Assembly (NCBI GenBank): GCA_031373235.1
Contig: JANMMK010000048.1
Span: forward strand, 1-44,942
From: a bacterium
Lineage (GTDB): Bacteria > Patescibacteriota > Minisyncoccia > Phycocordibacterales > CAIRYW01
DNA: 44,942 nt
Direction: 5' to 3'
Positions 17,947 to 26,906 of this stretch are shown in pieces (positions within the stretch are counted from its first letter, which is position 1; each line of letters begins with the position of its first letter). The notes under the pieces are model-generated. The model was given only the letters and a program-made list of their open reading frames with translations, had not been told where the DNA came from and ran no database searches. The translations under genes and the position numbers were made by a program.

Positions 17947-19284
17947 TTATTTTGTTTCTACAAAATTTGGGTTAATAGTACAAGAAGTAAATTTATTCTT
18001 TCGAGTACCAGGAGCTTCACTTCTCACAGTAGCAGGCGCAACACCTGTAAGGACAGTTTCGTAACAAGACAATTTATAGGTAGTACCTTTTTGAAGACCA
18101 GTTACTGAGTAACTTCCAAACCCATCAGGAGTTCCTCCGTTTGGATTAAACTCCGACCTTGTAGTTAAGGTACTTGTAATATCAAGTATCTCACATCGAG
18201 TATTAGCTGTTTTTTGATTTATGGTCCATCCAAGATTACAACTTCCACCCTTATTTATAATTGTTGGCTTTGCTTTAAAGGTTGCAATAAGAACATTACC
18301 AACTGTTACGGGAGGCGTAATAATACAAGTTCCCCAAAAATCACAATCAAGACAAGAATCGGGATCGGCAAGGCAAGGGTCACAACTATCCGGGTCAAGC
18401 TCGCAAGGGTCACAAGCTGGGTATGTAAGCGATGGGTCGTTCGAACAAACATTTGCACAATTTGAAGAAGCTGTTGCTGAAACAGTTGCAGATGGAGCTG
18501 ATTCACCTTGGTCATTATAAGCAACTACTTTATAGAAGTAAGCTGAACCAGGAGTAACAGCGTCATCCTGGAAAGATATACCGTTACTATCGTAGATTAC
18601 ATCGAAGTTTGCGAAATCAGTTTCTGTTCCATCCTCTGTTCTCCCTATCTGATAATTAGCAGGTGGATTAGCTGAAACTGGATTGTAAGAAATATTTATT
18701 CGAGGGACTTGTGAAACACAAACTGCATTAGCAGAAAAACCACTAGGAACAGAAGGTATAGAAACATCATCTGTTGTTGCGGGTCCTTGAATAAGCTGAA
18801 ACTCTATCCATCCAACTTCATCACCCCAAGCATTCCCACTAAACTGGCCCAATTCTTTATTATATAAAACAGCATGGTCAGCACCACTAAAGCGTATCCA
18901 ACCATCAGAATTCCATCCTTCGGCCAAAACCTTACCCCAACCAACAATAGAAACAGTATTGTCCGTAGTTGTTAAGTCAGCCACTGGTCTACAGTCGGCA
19001 CTCCCATCAGGACATCCTGTTGTCTCATTAAAAGATACCCACCCGACATTGTCGGCCCATGCATATCCAGAAAGAGCACCAGTCGTTGTACTAAAATCAA
19101 CACCATAGCTCCCCAAAGGAGATACTCCACCAAAAGAAATCCAACCCATATTATCTGACCACGCCCATCCATTTAAGTCGTCCTCCCTCGTAGCATTAGT
19201 ACCCGCTTTTGATAAAGAAGGTAGGACTAAAGCAATTGCACTAAAAAGCAAAAAGAAAGAAAGAAGAGTAAAGTATTTTTTCAT
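17947..19284 (-). CDS. secreted protein with four GW-x-W-x-D/E-N-x-GW-I/V-x-F repeats, an Ig/FN3-like segment and a Cys/Asp/Pro-rich linker
   Basis: Signal peptide MKKYFTLLSFFLLFSAIALVLPSLSKA. Repeats GWAWSDNMGWISF, GYAWADNVGWVSF, GWNSDGWIRF and GNAWGDEVGWIEF. Linker CSNDPSLTYPACDPCELDPDSCDPCLADPDSCLDCDFWGTC. Confidence 0.8.
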   Translation of the reverse strand: MKKYFTLLSFFLLFSAIALVLPSLSKAGTNATREDDLNGWAWSDNMGWISFGGVSPLGSYGVDFSTTTGALSGYAWADNVGWVSFNETTGCPDGSADCRPVADLTTTDNTVSIVGWGKVLAEGWNSDGWIRFSGADHAVLYNKELGQFSGNAWGDEVGWIEFQLIQGPATTDDVSIPSVPSGFSANAVCVSQVPRINISYNPVSANPPANYQIGRTEDGTETDFANFDVIYDSNGISFQDDAVTPGSAYFYKVVAYNDQGESAPSATVSATASSNCANVCSNDPSLTYPACDPCELDPDSCDPCLADPDSCLDCDFWGTCIITPPVTVGNVLIATFKAKPTIINKGGSCNLGWTINQKTANTRCEILDITSTLTTRSEFNPNGGTPDGFGSYSVTGLQKGTTYKLSCYETVLTGVAPATVRSEAPGTRKNKFTSCTINPNFVETK

Positions 19285-19382
19285 TGATTAAATATATGAA
19301 GAAACTTATTTTTTATACTTAGTTATTGTAACACAATTATATAATAAAATAACAATGTGGAAAAGTATCTTGTGGACTTTTT

Positions 19383-19410
19383 TTAAAAAGGTGGTACTAT
19401 TTTTATGAAT
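19383..19410 (+). promoter_or_regulatory. candidate sigma70 promoter for the S8 protease gene
   Basis: TGGACT-N16-TACTAT with a TGG extended -10, 35 nt upstream of the ATG at 19445. Confidence 0.4.
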
Positions 19411-19444
19411 AGAGGACTTTGCTTAATTCGGTTAATGCATCTCT

Positions 19445-22327
19445 ATGAAAAAAAGAACTACAATAAAATATCTCGGGGTGAGTTTACTCCTTTTATCTTT
19501 AGGAGTGCTGGTTTTCTTTATATCTATTCCCGAGGCTTTAGCAAAAGAAACTTACAGCAATCAAGAAATTCTGCAGTGGAAATATAACCAAAAAAAGAAA
19601 GAAGCGGAGATAAAATACAATATACAGAAACAAAAAGAAGTTCCTCAAAAAAAAGTAGAGACCAAGAAAACTACCCTACCAAAAAAAACAATACAGAAAA
19701 CAAAGCCACTCGTTACCCCAAAGAAAGTCATACAAAAAAAGGTAACTCCTAAAAAAGAAACTGCTCCCTTAGTAACAAAGCTTCCTCTACCTGAAACAAG
19801 TAGCGAACAAAAGCAAAAAGACTCCTTCTCGCCTCAAACTAAAAACATCACAACACCTAGCTTCTCGCTTTCAAACCCGAACACAAATCGATATCTCGTA
19901 ACCTACAAAAAAAATGAGACTGTAAAGACAACCTCAACAATACACCGACTAAAAAAAAGACTTCCTCTCAAACGGCTCAATGTAGAAATTATTGAAGCAA
20001 CTCCAGCGGAAGTTGCCTTACTCAAACAAGAAGGACTTACCATTACACCCGATGTTGCAATGGAAAGTACTAGCATCCCCGAATACAACCTCTCTTGGGG
20101 TGTTAGAAAAATCGGAGCTGAACAAATACACAACCTCGGCATAAAGGGTTCTGGTGTAAAAGTCGCTATCATCGATAGTGGAATTGATTACACCCACCCT
20201 GAAATTGCACAATACTACAAAGGTGGGCTAGATGTAACACTGGTGCCTTCTGGTACAAATCCAATGGACACTTGGGGTCATGGCACTTCTGTTGCAGGTG
20301 TTATCGGTTCTGCCCTTAATGACTCAAATGGTGTGGGAGTATCGCCTCAAGTTGAATTATACGCACTCAAAGCTGGAGATAGTGGCACTATATACGCTTC
20401 TGCCGCTGCATACGCAATGGACTGGGCAATTACAAACGGTATGCATATCACCAACAGTAGCTTTGGATCAAAAAACCCTGGAGTAAAAGTATGGCTTGAA
20501 ACAGTGTACCAACGGGCAAAAGATGCTGGTATCTTGAATATAGTCGCTGTTGGTAACACAGGAACTTGTTCTGGCACATTAGATCCCGAACCATTTTACC
20601 CAGCAAGTTTTTCATCAGTTATAGCAGTCGGTGCAGTAGACGAAGGTAACAACAGAGCTTGTTTTTCAAGGATATCAAACGATATAGATATAAGTGCCCC
20701 AGGAACAAACATATACTCAACATACCTAAATCATGAATTTGGAACATTCGATGGAACTTCCCTTGCCACCCCTCACGTAGTTGGCGCAGCAGCATTGCTA
20801 TGGAATTTAGTTCCTGACATAAACCATAACGGAAGAAAAAATGATGAAATGGAAAGTCTACTTCTTAGTACTGCTAGTGACTTCGGTCCCCTTGGAAAAG
20901 ATCCTCTATATGGGGAAGGGGTCGTTAACGTTTTAAATGCTTATAACAATATACCGGAAGAAACTATCGAACAAAACCTCCTTCTCAATGCCTACGTAGA
21001 CAAGAACACTTTAAAACAAGGCGTTGATATCGAGGCAACCATAACCGTTGTTATTCGGAATGAATTAAATAATCCTGTAAGTGAATTAAACAACGCTATC
21101 ACTGTGAGCAACGTGTCTGCAGTTCTAACTTGGAGTGAAGAACCCCAGGGCCACTATACGACAAAGTTACCTATTTCAGCACTGCAGATAGGACAAAACA
21201 TACTACAAATTACCGCTCAAGATACTCGCGGAAAAACTGCCAACCAAAATATCACCCTAACAGTAATTGAAAAAGACCCTGTTGTTGATCCAGCTATAAA
21301 CACAACACTTTCTGTAAACAAAAATACTTTCAAAAAAGGAGAAGATACTGAAGCGGTTCTTACCCTAGTTATCAAGGACGAAAACAATACTTCTGTCACA
21401 GGACTATCTTCAAACATTGTGCCCGTGGCACCTTCGAGCATCTCGACAATTACATGGACCGAAGAAACTGCAGGAACATACAAAGCAACTATTCCACTTG
21501 AAACATTAAGTGTTCAAACACACAACATTACTCTTCTCACAACCGACTCAAGAGAAATAACTTCAACCAACACAATCTCTTTCTCACTCTTAGAAAGAGA
21601 CCCTGACCCATACCCAGAAAAAACCTTGGTCATGAGTCTTAATAGTAAAAAACCACTATATACACTCTATACTCGAGGTAGGAGAGGTGACCAATACATT
21701 ACCTTGCGACTTATAGTAAAAGATGAATACGGAAAAGCGGTTAATAAAATCCCAAGGCAAAACTTTATTGCAAAACTTAATGAAACAGGAAACCCTCTCA
21801 CCATTTTCCGTGCAACAGAAGTAAGAAGAGGTACATACGATATAAAGATTGATAAAGACCTTCTACCTGCCAGTCCGACTGAAAGCACTTTCCACATCTC
21901 TTTGGAAGTAAAAGACAAAAGAGAAATTAGTGCCGACACAGATACAGAATTTTCAACTTTATTTAAAGCAAGTGTGGCAAAAGTAATTTCTCTAAACTAC
22001 ACCGAACCAAGTACTAATAGTTCACTCGCATCCGTATCACAAACCATCCCAAATGGTGGCAGTGCAGTAAATCCAATTGTAGTAATCAATGATGAATTTG
22101 GCAGACCTATAGAAGGAGCAAAAGTTACTTTACGGGTAATGGATGGTAAAAAAATACTTGGTACTAAAGTTGCAATCTCTGGAATAGACGGTAAAGCGAG
22201 CGCAACATTTATTCTAAAAAAGAGCGGTTGCTTCACCACCAATGTAGTGAAGATAACCAAAAAAGGATATGCGTTTACCAAGGGCACACCAGAAAATACA
22301 ACTTGCAACCCAACAAGTAGTAACTAA
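19445..22327 (+). CDS. secreted subtilisin-like (S8) serine protease with Lys-rich N-terminal region and about 4 C-terminal Ig-like repeats
   Basis: Catalytic triad contexts IIDSGIDYTHPE, HGTSVAGVIG and GTSLATPHVVGAAAL. N-terminal TM/signal. Repeated about 100-aa modules follow the protease domain. Confidence 0.9.
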   Translation: MKKRTTIKYLGVSLLLLSLGVLVFFISIPEALAKETYSNQEILQWKYNQKKKEAEIKYNIQKQKEVPQKKVETKKTTLPKKTIQKTKPLVTPKKVIQKKVTPKKETAPLVTKLPLPETSSEQKQKDSFSPQTKNITTPSFSLSNPNTNRYLVTYKKNETVKTTSTIHRLKKRLPLKRLNVEIIEATPAEVALLKQEGLTITPDVAMESTSIPEYNLSWGVRKIGAEQIHNLGIKGSGVKVAIIDSGIDYTHPEIAQYYKGGLDVTLVPSGTNPMDTWGHGTSVAGVIGSALNDSNGVGVSPQVELYALKAGDSGTIYASAAAYAMDWAITNGMHITNSSFGSKNPGVKVWLETVYQRAKDAGILNIVAVGNTGTCSGTLDPEPFYPASFSSVIAVGAVDEGNNRACFSRISNDIDISAPGTNIYSTYLNHEFGTFDGTSLATPHVVGAAALLWNLVPDINHNGRKNDEMESLLLSTASDFGPLGKDPLYGEGVVNVLNAYNNIPEETIEQNLLLNAYVDKNTLKQGVDIEATITVVIRNELNNPVSELNNAITVSNVSAVLTWSEEPQGHYTTKLPISALQIGQNILQITAQDTRGKTANQNITLTVIEKDPVVDPAINTTLSVNKNTFKKGEDTEAVLTLVIKDENNTSVTGLSSNIVPVAPSSISTITWTEETAGTYKATIPLETLSVQTHNITLLTTDSREITSTNTISFSLLERDPDPYPEKTLVMSLNSKKPLYTLYTRGRRGDQYITLRLIVKDEYGKAVNKIPRQNFIAKLNETGNPLTIFRATEVRRGTYDIKIDKDLLPASPTESTFHISLEVKDKREISADTDTEFSTLFKASVAKVISLNYTEPSTNSSLASVSQTIPNGGSAVNPIVVINDEFGRPIEGAKVTLRVMDGKKILGTKVAISGIDGKASATFILKKSGCFTTNVVKITKKGYAFTKGTPENTTCNPTSSN

Positions 22328-22336
22328 TTCTTTGTC

Positions 22337-22366
22337 TTGACCAAAGAAGATCTCTTCTGGTATAAT
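22337..22366 (+). promoter_or_regulatory. sigma70-type promoter upstream of nusA
   Basis: TTGACC-N18-TATAAT with a TGG extended -10 (TGGTATAAT). Confidence 0.6.
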
Positions 22367-22379
22367 AGAAAAACGTTAA

Positions 22380-22406
22380 GTTCGCCCCAAGCAGGCGGAC
22401 TTTTTT
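22380..22406 (+). terminator. intrinsic terminator/attenuator in the nusA leader (also downstream of the S8 protease gene)
   Basis: GTTCGCC-CCAAGCA-GGCGGAC (7 bp including one G-U) followed by T6. It lies downstream of the promoter at 22337-22366. Confidence 0.6.
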
Positions 22407-22429
22407 AGTAAAAGAGGCTTGAATTCTTT

Positions 22430-22470
22430 ACTAATAACCTGTCTGACGGCAGGCAGACGCTTAACTAATA
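22430..22470. repeat. small GC-rich palindromic element flanked by 7-bp direct repeats (ACTAATA), related to the one inside rsmE
   Basis: ACTAATA-ac-CCTGTCTGACGGCAGGCAGAC-gctta-ACTAATA. The core matches the rsmE copy (read on the - strand: CCTGCCTACCGGACAGGCAGG) at about 16/21 positions with one gap. Confidence 0.5.
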
Positions 22471-22486
22471 GCTAGTAAATAATAAT

Positions 22487-23629
22487 ATGATAGACATAAA
22501 AGTAATACACTCTGTTCTTGGTCAACTAGAAGAAGAACGTGGTATACCAAAAGAAAAAGTACTCGAAGCAATCGAATCCGCTCTCGCAACTGCCTACAAA
22601 AAAGAATACGGAAAAAGAGGACAAATAATCCGAGCAAAATTTGATATTGAATCAGGAAAAACTGAATTCCTACAAGTTAAAATAGTAGTTGATAGTACAC
22701 AGGTTGTTCCTGAAGGGGAAGAACCACTTGAAGATGACGAACGAATCAGATTCAACGCTGAACACCACATGCTTCTTGCAGATGCACAAAAAATGAAAAA
22801 AGATGCACAAGTTGATGACGAAATCATCTTTCCGCTAGAACAAAAAGATGACTTCGGAAGAATCGCTGCGCAAACTGCAAAACAAGTAATTATCCAAAAA
22901 ATCAGAGAAGCGGAAAAAGTATCTGTCTTTGGTGAATTCGGACAAAAAGAAAACCAAATTGTAACTGGAACCGTACAAAGAATAGAACGAGGGAATACCT
23001 ACTTTGATATGGGTCGGGCATCAGGAATTCTTCCCTATGAGGAACAAATACCAGGTGAACGCTATAAACAAGGGGAAAAAGTTAGAATGCTACTTACCCG
23101 TGTAGAAGAATCTCCAAAAGGAATTTTCCTTCGTCTCTCAAGAGCACATCCAAAATTTCTTGAGGAACTTTTTAAACAAGAAGTGCCTGAAATTCTTTCT
23201 GGTGTCGTAGAAATCCGAGCAATCGCAAGAGAAGCTGGATCACGATCAAAAGTTGCCGTATACGGTACAGACACACACATCGACCCTGTTGGCTCTATGG
23301 TTGGACAAAGAGGAGTTCGAGTATCAACTGTCATGAGTGAACTTAGTGGTGAAAAAATAGATATCATTGAATGGTCAAGTGAAGCAGAAACATTTGTATC
23401 TGACGCTCTTTCTCCTGCAAAAGTAAACAAAGTAACTATTGATACAGAAAACAATACCGCAACAGTTGAAGTATCTGAGGACCAACAATCTCTTGCTATT
23501 GGTAAGGGTGGTCAAAATGTTAGACTCGCGGCAAAACTTACAGGCTTTAGAATTGATATCAAATCAGTGAAAGTAAGCGATCCAGAAACTCCCGAAGAAT
23601 CTTCTGCTGAAGAAACAACTACTGAATAA
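22487..23629 (+). CDS. nusA: transcription termination/antitermination factor NusA
   Basis: 380 aa with N-terminal domain, S1 and two KH domains (GPVGSMVGQRG-like, IGKGGQNVRLA). Confidence 0.95.
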   Translation: MIDIKVIHSVLGQLEEERGIPKEKVLEAIESALATAYKKEYGKRGQIIRAKFDIESGKTEFLQVKIVVDSTQVVPEGEEPLEDDERIRFNAEHHMLLADAQKMKKDAQVDDEIIFPLEQKDDFGRIAAQTAKQVIIQKIREAEKVSVFGEFGQKENQIVTGTVQRIERGNTYFDMGRASGILPYEEQIPGERYKQGEKVRMLLTRVEESPKGIFLRLSRAHPKFLEELFKQEVPEILSGVVEIRAIAREAGSRSKVAVYGTDTHIDPVGSMVGQRGVRVSTVMSELSGEKIDIIEWSSEAETFVSDALSPAKVNKVTIDTENNTATVEVSEDQQSLAIGKGGQNVRLAAKLTGFRIDIKSVKVSDPETPEESSAEETTTE

Positions 23630-23670
23630 ATCTGAAAACAAGTTTCATATTATAAATAATACTATTACTT

Positions 23671-24597
23671 ATGATAAAAGTATTTGGACACATTTCACCA
23701 GACACCGATACAACCGGAAGTGCAATTATATGGGCTTGGTATCTAAACACCCACACGTCTGACAAAGCTACGCCCTTTGTACTTGGAAACTTAAACAAAG
23801 AAACTGCTTTCGTGCTCAAAAAATGGAATACTCCTGAACCAGAACTTCTTGAAAAAATAGAAACGGGAGAAGATGTTGTTGTTGTTGACACAAACAGTAT
23901 AGAGGAACTACCAAAAGACATCCTCGAAGCAAATATTCTTCAGGTAATAGATCATCACAGATTAGCGGGTGGGTTAAAAACCAAAAGTCCACTTGAAATG
24001 ACTATTCGTACTTTTGCTTCAACTGCAACTGTCATACACGAACTTATAGGAAAAGCGATTGAAACTGCCCCTAAAGAAATACTAGGAATCATGCTCTCTT
24101 GTATTCTCTCTGACACACTTGAGTTTAGATCACCAACAACAACACCGCACGATAAACAAATAGCTGAGAAAATTGCTTCGTTACTAGGTATAGATATCCA
24201 TAGTTACGCAACAGAAATGTTTGAAGCTAAATCAGATATTTCAGACTTTACCGATCTTGGACTACTACATCTTGATAGTAAAAAATCTGGACTAGGAGAA
24301 AAAAATATACGAATATCCGTAATAGAAACAACAAACCCTGATTCTGTCCTCGCTAGAAAAGACGGTATCATAACAGCAATCAAAGAAGTTTTAAGTACAG
24401 AGCCAGATACAAGTGCAGTACTATTCTTTATAATTGATATCCTAAAAGAAGAAGCGACAGTCCTCACCTATGACCAACACACAAAAGATATCATTGGTGC
24501 ATCTTTTGGGGTTACCACCACTTTGGAAACAGCAGTGCTTCCAGGGATTGTGTCTCGAAAAAAACAAATAATTCCAGCACTAAAACTTCCACTTTAA
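23671..24597 (+). CDS. ppaC: family II (Mn-dependent, DHH) inorganic pyrophosphatase
   Basis: 308 aa. GHISPDTDT, VDTN and IDHHRL motifs plus a DHHA2-like C-terminus. Confidence 0.88.
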   Translation: MIKVFGHISPDTDTTGSAIIWAWYLNTHTSDKATPFVLGNLNKETAFVLKKWNTPEPELLEKIETGEDVVVVDTNSIEELPKDILEANILQVIDHHRLAGGLKTKSPLEMTIRTFASTATVIHELIGKAIETAPKEILGIMLSCILSDTLEFRSPTTTPHDKQIAEKIASLLGIDIHSYATEMFEAKSDISDFTDLGLLHLDSKKSGLGEKNIRISVIETTNPDSVLARKDGIITAIKEVLSTEPDTSAVLFFIIDILKEEATVLTYDQHTKDIIGASFGVTTTLETAVLPGIVSRKKQIIPALKLPL

Positions 24598-24613
24598 ACT
24601 CTCAGAGTCACTC

Positions 24614-24647
24614 AAAACACTTCAAAGCTTACTTTGAAGTGTTTTTT
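24614..24647 (+). terminator. intrinsic terminator after ppaC
   Basis: 12-bp perfect stem AACACTTCAAAG/CTTTGAAGTGTT, CTTA loop, T run. Confidence 0.85.
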
Positions 24648-24662
24648 AGTTTTCTATAAAAG

Positions 24663-24671
24663 TGGTATAAT
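24663..24671 (+). promoter_or_regulatory. extended -10 element TGGTATAAT
   Basis: Same 9-mer as the nusA promoter. 36 nt upstream of the ATG at 24707. Weak -35. Confidence 0.4.
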
Positions 24672-24706
24672 AGCTTCAAAGAGAATTAATAGTTTATCTA
24701 AAAAAC

Positions 24707-25525
24707 ATGAAACAAAAAAAGATACTTACGGCACTACTTGGAACACTTACTTTTGTTTCTTTTGCACAAGCAGAAGAAATAAGAAAAACTCCAATAAAAG
24801 ATGCTCGGATGGAAAACAAACAGGAACGACAGGAAATGCGAGGTGAAATCCAAACAGAACGAAAACAATTTCAAGACCAAGTAAAAATCGATCGTGAAAA
24901 AATGCGAGCAGAAGTGAAGGACAATAGAGAAGAATTTAAAACAAAAATAAAAGAAGCGGATACACCAGAAGAACGAAAAATGGTTAAAGAACAATTTAAC
25001 CAAATGAAAGAAGAAAACAAGGATCTTCGAAGAAAGACTAACGAGGAAATTAAAACCCGAAGAGAAGAACTCAAGACAAAGTTTAAAGCTGAAATAGAGG
25101 AATCTAAAATAGGTAGAAAGGAAAAACTAGATACTGCAAGAAAAGAAAAAGTATCTCTTGTACTCACTCAAGCTCTTGGAAGATTAGGAAACGCAGTAGG
25201 AGCTCTTGAGAACTTTGACAAAAAAGTTTCAGAGAGAATTGCAAAAAGAAAATCAGAAGGAGTTGATGTATCACAGGCAGAATCACTACTGGGGGTTGCA
25301 CGGACAAAACTTGATGAAGCAAAAAGTGCAGTAGAAGCGGTAAAAAGTGTTACAGGAGAAGCAGTAAACGCGACCGACGGAGTCTCAAAAGATGCACTGA
25401 AAGCGAGTGTTGAAAAAGCACGAGATGCAGTAAAATCTGCACGAGACGCATACAAAGAAGTTATCACTGGTCTTCCAAAACCAGTCAAGACAGAAACTAC
25501 ACCTGCAAGTGAAGCAAGTAATTAA
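24707..25525 (+). CDS. secreted Lys/Glu-rich coiled-coil protein
   Basis: Signal peptide MKQKKILTALLGTLTFVSFAQA, then a charged helical repeat region. Confidence 0.7.
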   Translation: MKQKKILTALLGTLTFVSFAQAEEIRKTPIKDARMENKQERQEMRGEIQTERKQFQDQVKIDREKMRAEVKDNREEFKTKIKEADTPEERKMVKEQFNQMKEENKDLRRKTNEEIKTRREELKTKFKAEIEESKIGRKEKLDTARKEKVSLVLTQALGRLGNAVGALENFDKKVSERIAKRKSEGVDVSQAESLLGVARTKLDEAKSAVEAVKSVTGEAVNATDGVSKDALKASVEKARDAVKSARDAYKEVITGLPKPVKTETTPASEASN

Positions 25526-25544
25526 TAGTTAAGTAATTGAACAC

Positions 25545-25805
25545 ATGGATCCAATTCAAACAAACTCAGAGGGAACAACTCCAAAGGGAGGTATCGGAGG
25601 AAGCATCGGTATCATAATCATTATTCTTGTTATCGCACTTGGAGCATTCTTCTTTTTTATGTCAAAAGAGAATAGTATGAAAACAGGCGACACTACTATG
25701 GAGCAAAGCAGTGAAAATGCTTCGCTAGAACAAGAGCTCGATGCAAGCGTTTCAACTGACATTGATGCTGACATGAAAGCATTAGACGGAGAGTTTGGAA
25801 ACTAA
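25545..25805 (+). CDS. small single-pass membrane protein (86 aa)
   Basis: TM GSIGIIIIILVIALGAFFFF and an acidic tail. A strong terminator follows. Confidence 0.55.
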   Translation: MDPIQTNSEGTTPKGGIGGSIGIIIIILVIALGAFFFFMSKENSMKTGDTTMEQSSENASLEQELDASVSTDIDADMKALDGEFGN

Positions 25806-25816
25806 GTAGACAGACG

Positions 25817-25859
25817 AAAAGCCCCGCAAGGCCAAAGGCCTTGCGGGGCTTTTCTTTTT
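25817..25859 (+). terminator. intrinsic terminator
   Basis: 14-bp perfect GC-rich stem AGCCCCGCAAGGCC/GGCCTTGCGGGGCT followed by a T run. Confidence 0.9.
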
Positions 25860-25886
25860 GGATATTTCGGGTAGTATGTCCCTCAT

Positions 25887-26906
25887 ATGTATACAATAAA
25901 AAATAAAAAATCGCTTCCAGACTCTGCTCTCGAAATCGAAATTGTTATTAAAGCAGAAGAAATAGAACATCACTGGAAAGGTGCGCTAGAACATATAGGT
26001 CAAAACGCGCAGTTGGATGGTTTCAGAAAAGGACACATCCCAGAGAAAGTACTTGTTTCAAAAGTTGGAGAAATGACAGTACTCGAAGAGGCAGTAGAAC
26101 ATGCACTCTCACATATCTATGCCGAAATAGTAGAAAAAGAAAAAATTAATCCAATCGGACACCCGCAAGTTATCATCACAAAAATAGCGCGAGGAACTGA
26201 CGCTGAAGTAACACTCAAAACAGATGTTCTACCAACATTTTCTCTACCTGACTACAAAAAAATTGTAGCCAAAGTCATGAAAGAGAAAGAAGAAGTTATT
26301 GTTGAAGAAAAAGAAGTCACTGATGTAATAGAAGAACTAAAACGATACAAAGCAAAACAAGAAAAAATCGAAGAAACTGAAGTAGTGCTTGATGAGAAGT
26401 TTCTTGAAACACTCGGAGGATTTAAAACTATCGAAGAATTCAAAATAAAAATAAAAGAGAATATCGAAAAAGAGAAGACACAAAAAAACAAAGAAAAGAA
26501 ACGACTTGAAGCAATAGAAAAAGTACTCGAAGAAATAAAAATCGAAGTACCAAAAGTTCTTATCGAACAAGAACAAAAAGAAATGCTTGCCGAATTTTCA
26601 CACGAACTAACAAGACTTGGTGGAACTTTAGAACAATATAAAAAAGAATCAGGTAAGACGGACGAAGACATGAAAACTGATTGGAAAGACAAAGCGATAG
26701 CAAGAGTTAAAACAGAACTCCTCCTTATCGAAATAGCTAAAACAGAAAATATAAAACCAAACGAAGAAGAAGTCACAAAAGAAGTGGCAACTCTTGAAAC
26801 ACACTATCCTGACGCACCAAAAGAGAGACTCATTTCTTTCGTAGAAGATATAAAAACCAAAGAAGCAATCTTTAACTTTTTTGAGAATCTAGGAGAGTCA
26901 AAATAG
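25887..26906 (+). CDS. tig: trigger factor lacking the PPIase domain
   Basis: N-terminal ribosome-binding domain with the GFRKGHIP signature and a C-terminal helical arm domain. At 339 aa there is no FKBP-like segment between them. Confidence 0.78.
   Translation: MYTIKNKKSLPDSALEIEIVIKAEEIEHHWKGALEHIGQNAQLDGFRKGHIPEKVLVSKVGEMTVLEEAVEHALSHIYAEIVEKEKINPIGHPQVIITKIARGTDAEVTLKTDVLPTFSLPDYKKIVAKVMKEKEEVIVEEKEVTDVIEELKRYKAKQEKIEETEVVLDEKFLETLGGFKTIEEFKIKIKENIEKEKTQKNKEKKRLEAIEKVLEEIKIEVPKVLIEQEQKEMLAEFSHELTRLGGTLEQYKKESGKTDEDMKTDWKDKAIARVKTELLLIEIAKTENIKPNEEEVTKEVATLETHYPDAPKERLISFVEDIKTKEAIFNFFENLGESK

Noticed and set aside
19560-19800. Repetitive AAA/AAG-rich stretch that at first glance looks like a repeat array
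   Set aside because: It is in frame within the S8 protease ORF and encodes a Lys-rich low-complexity linker. There is no repeat-spacer periodicity, so it is not a CRISPR array.
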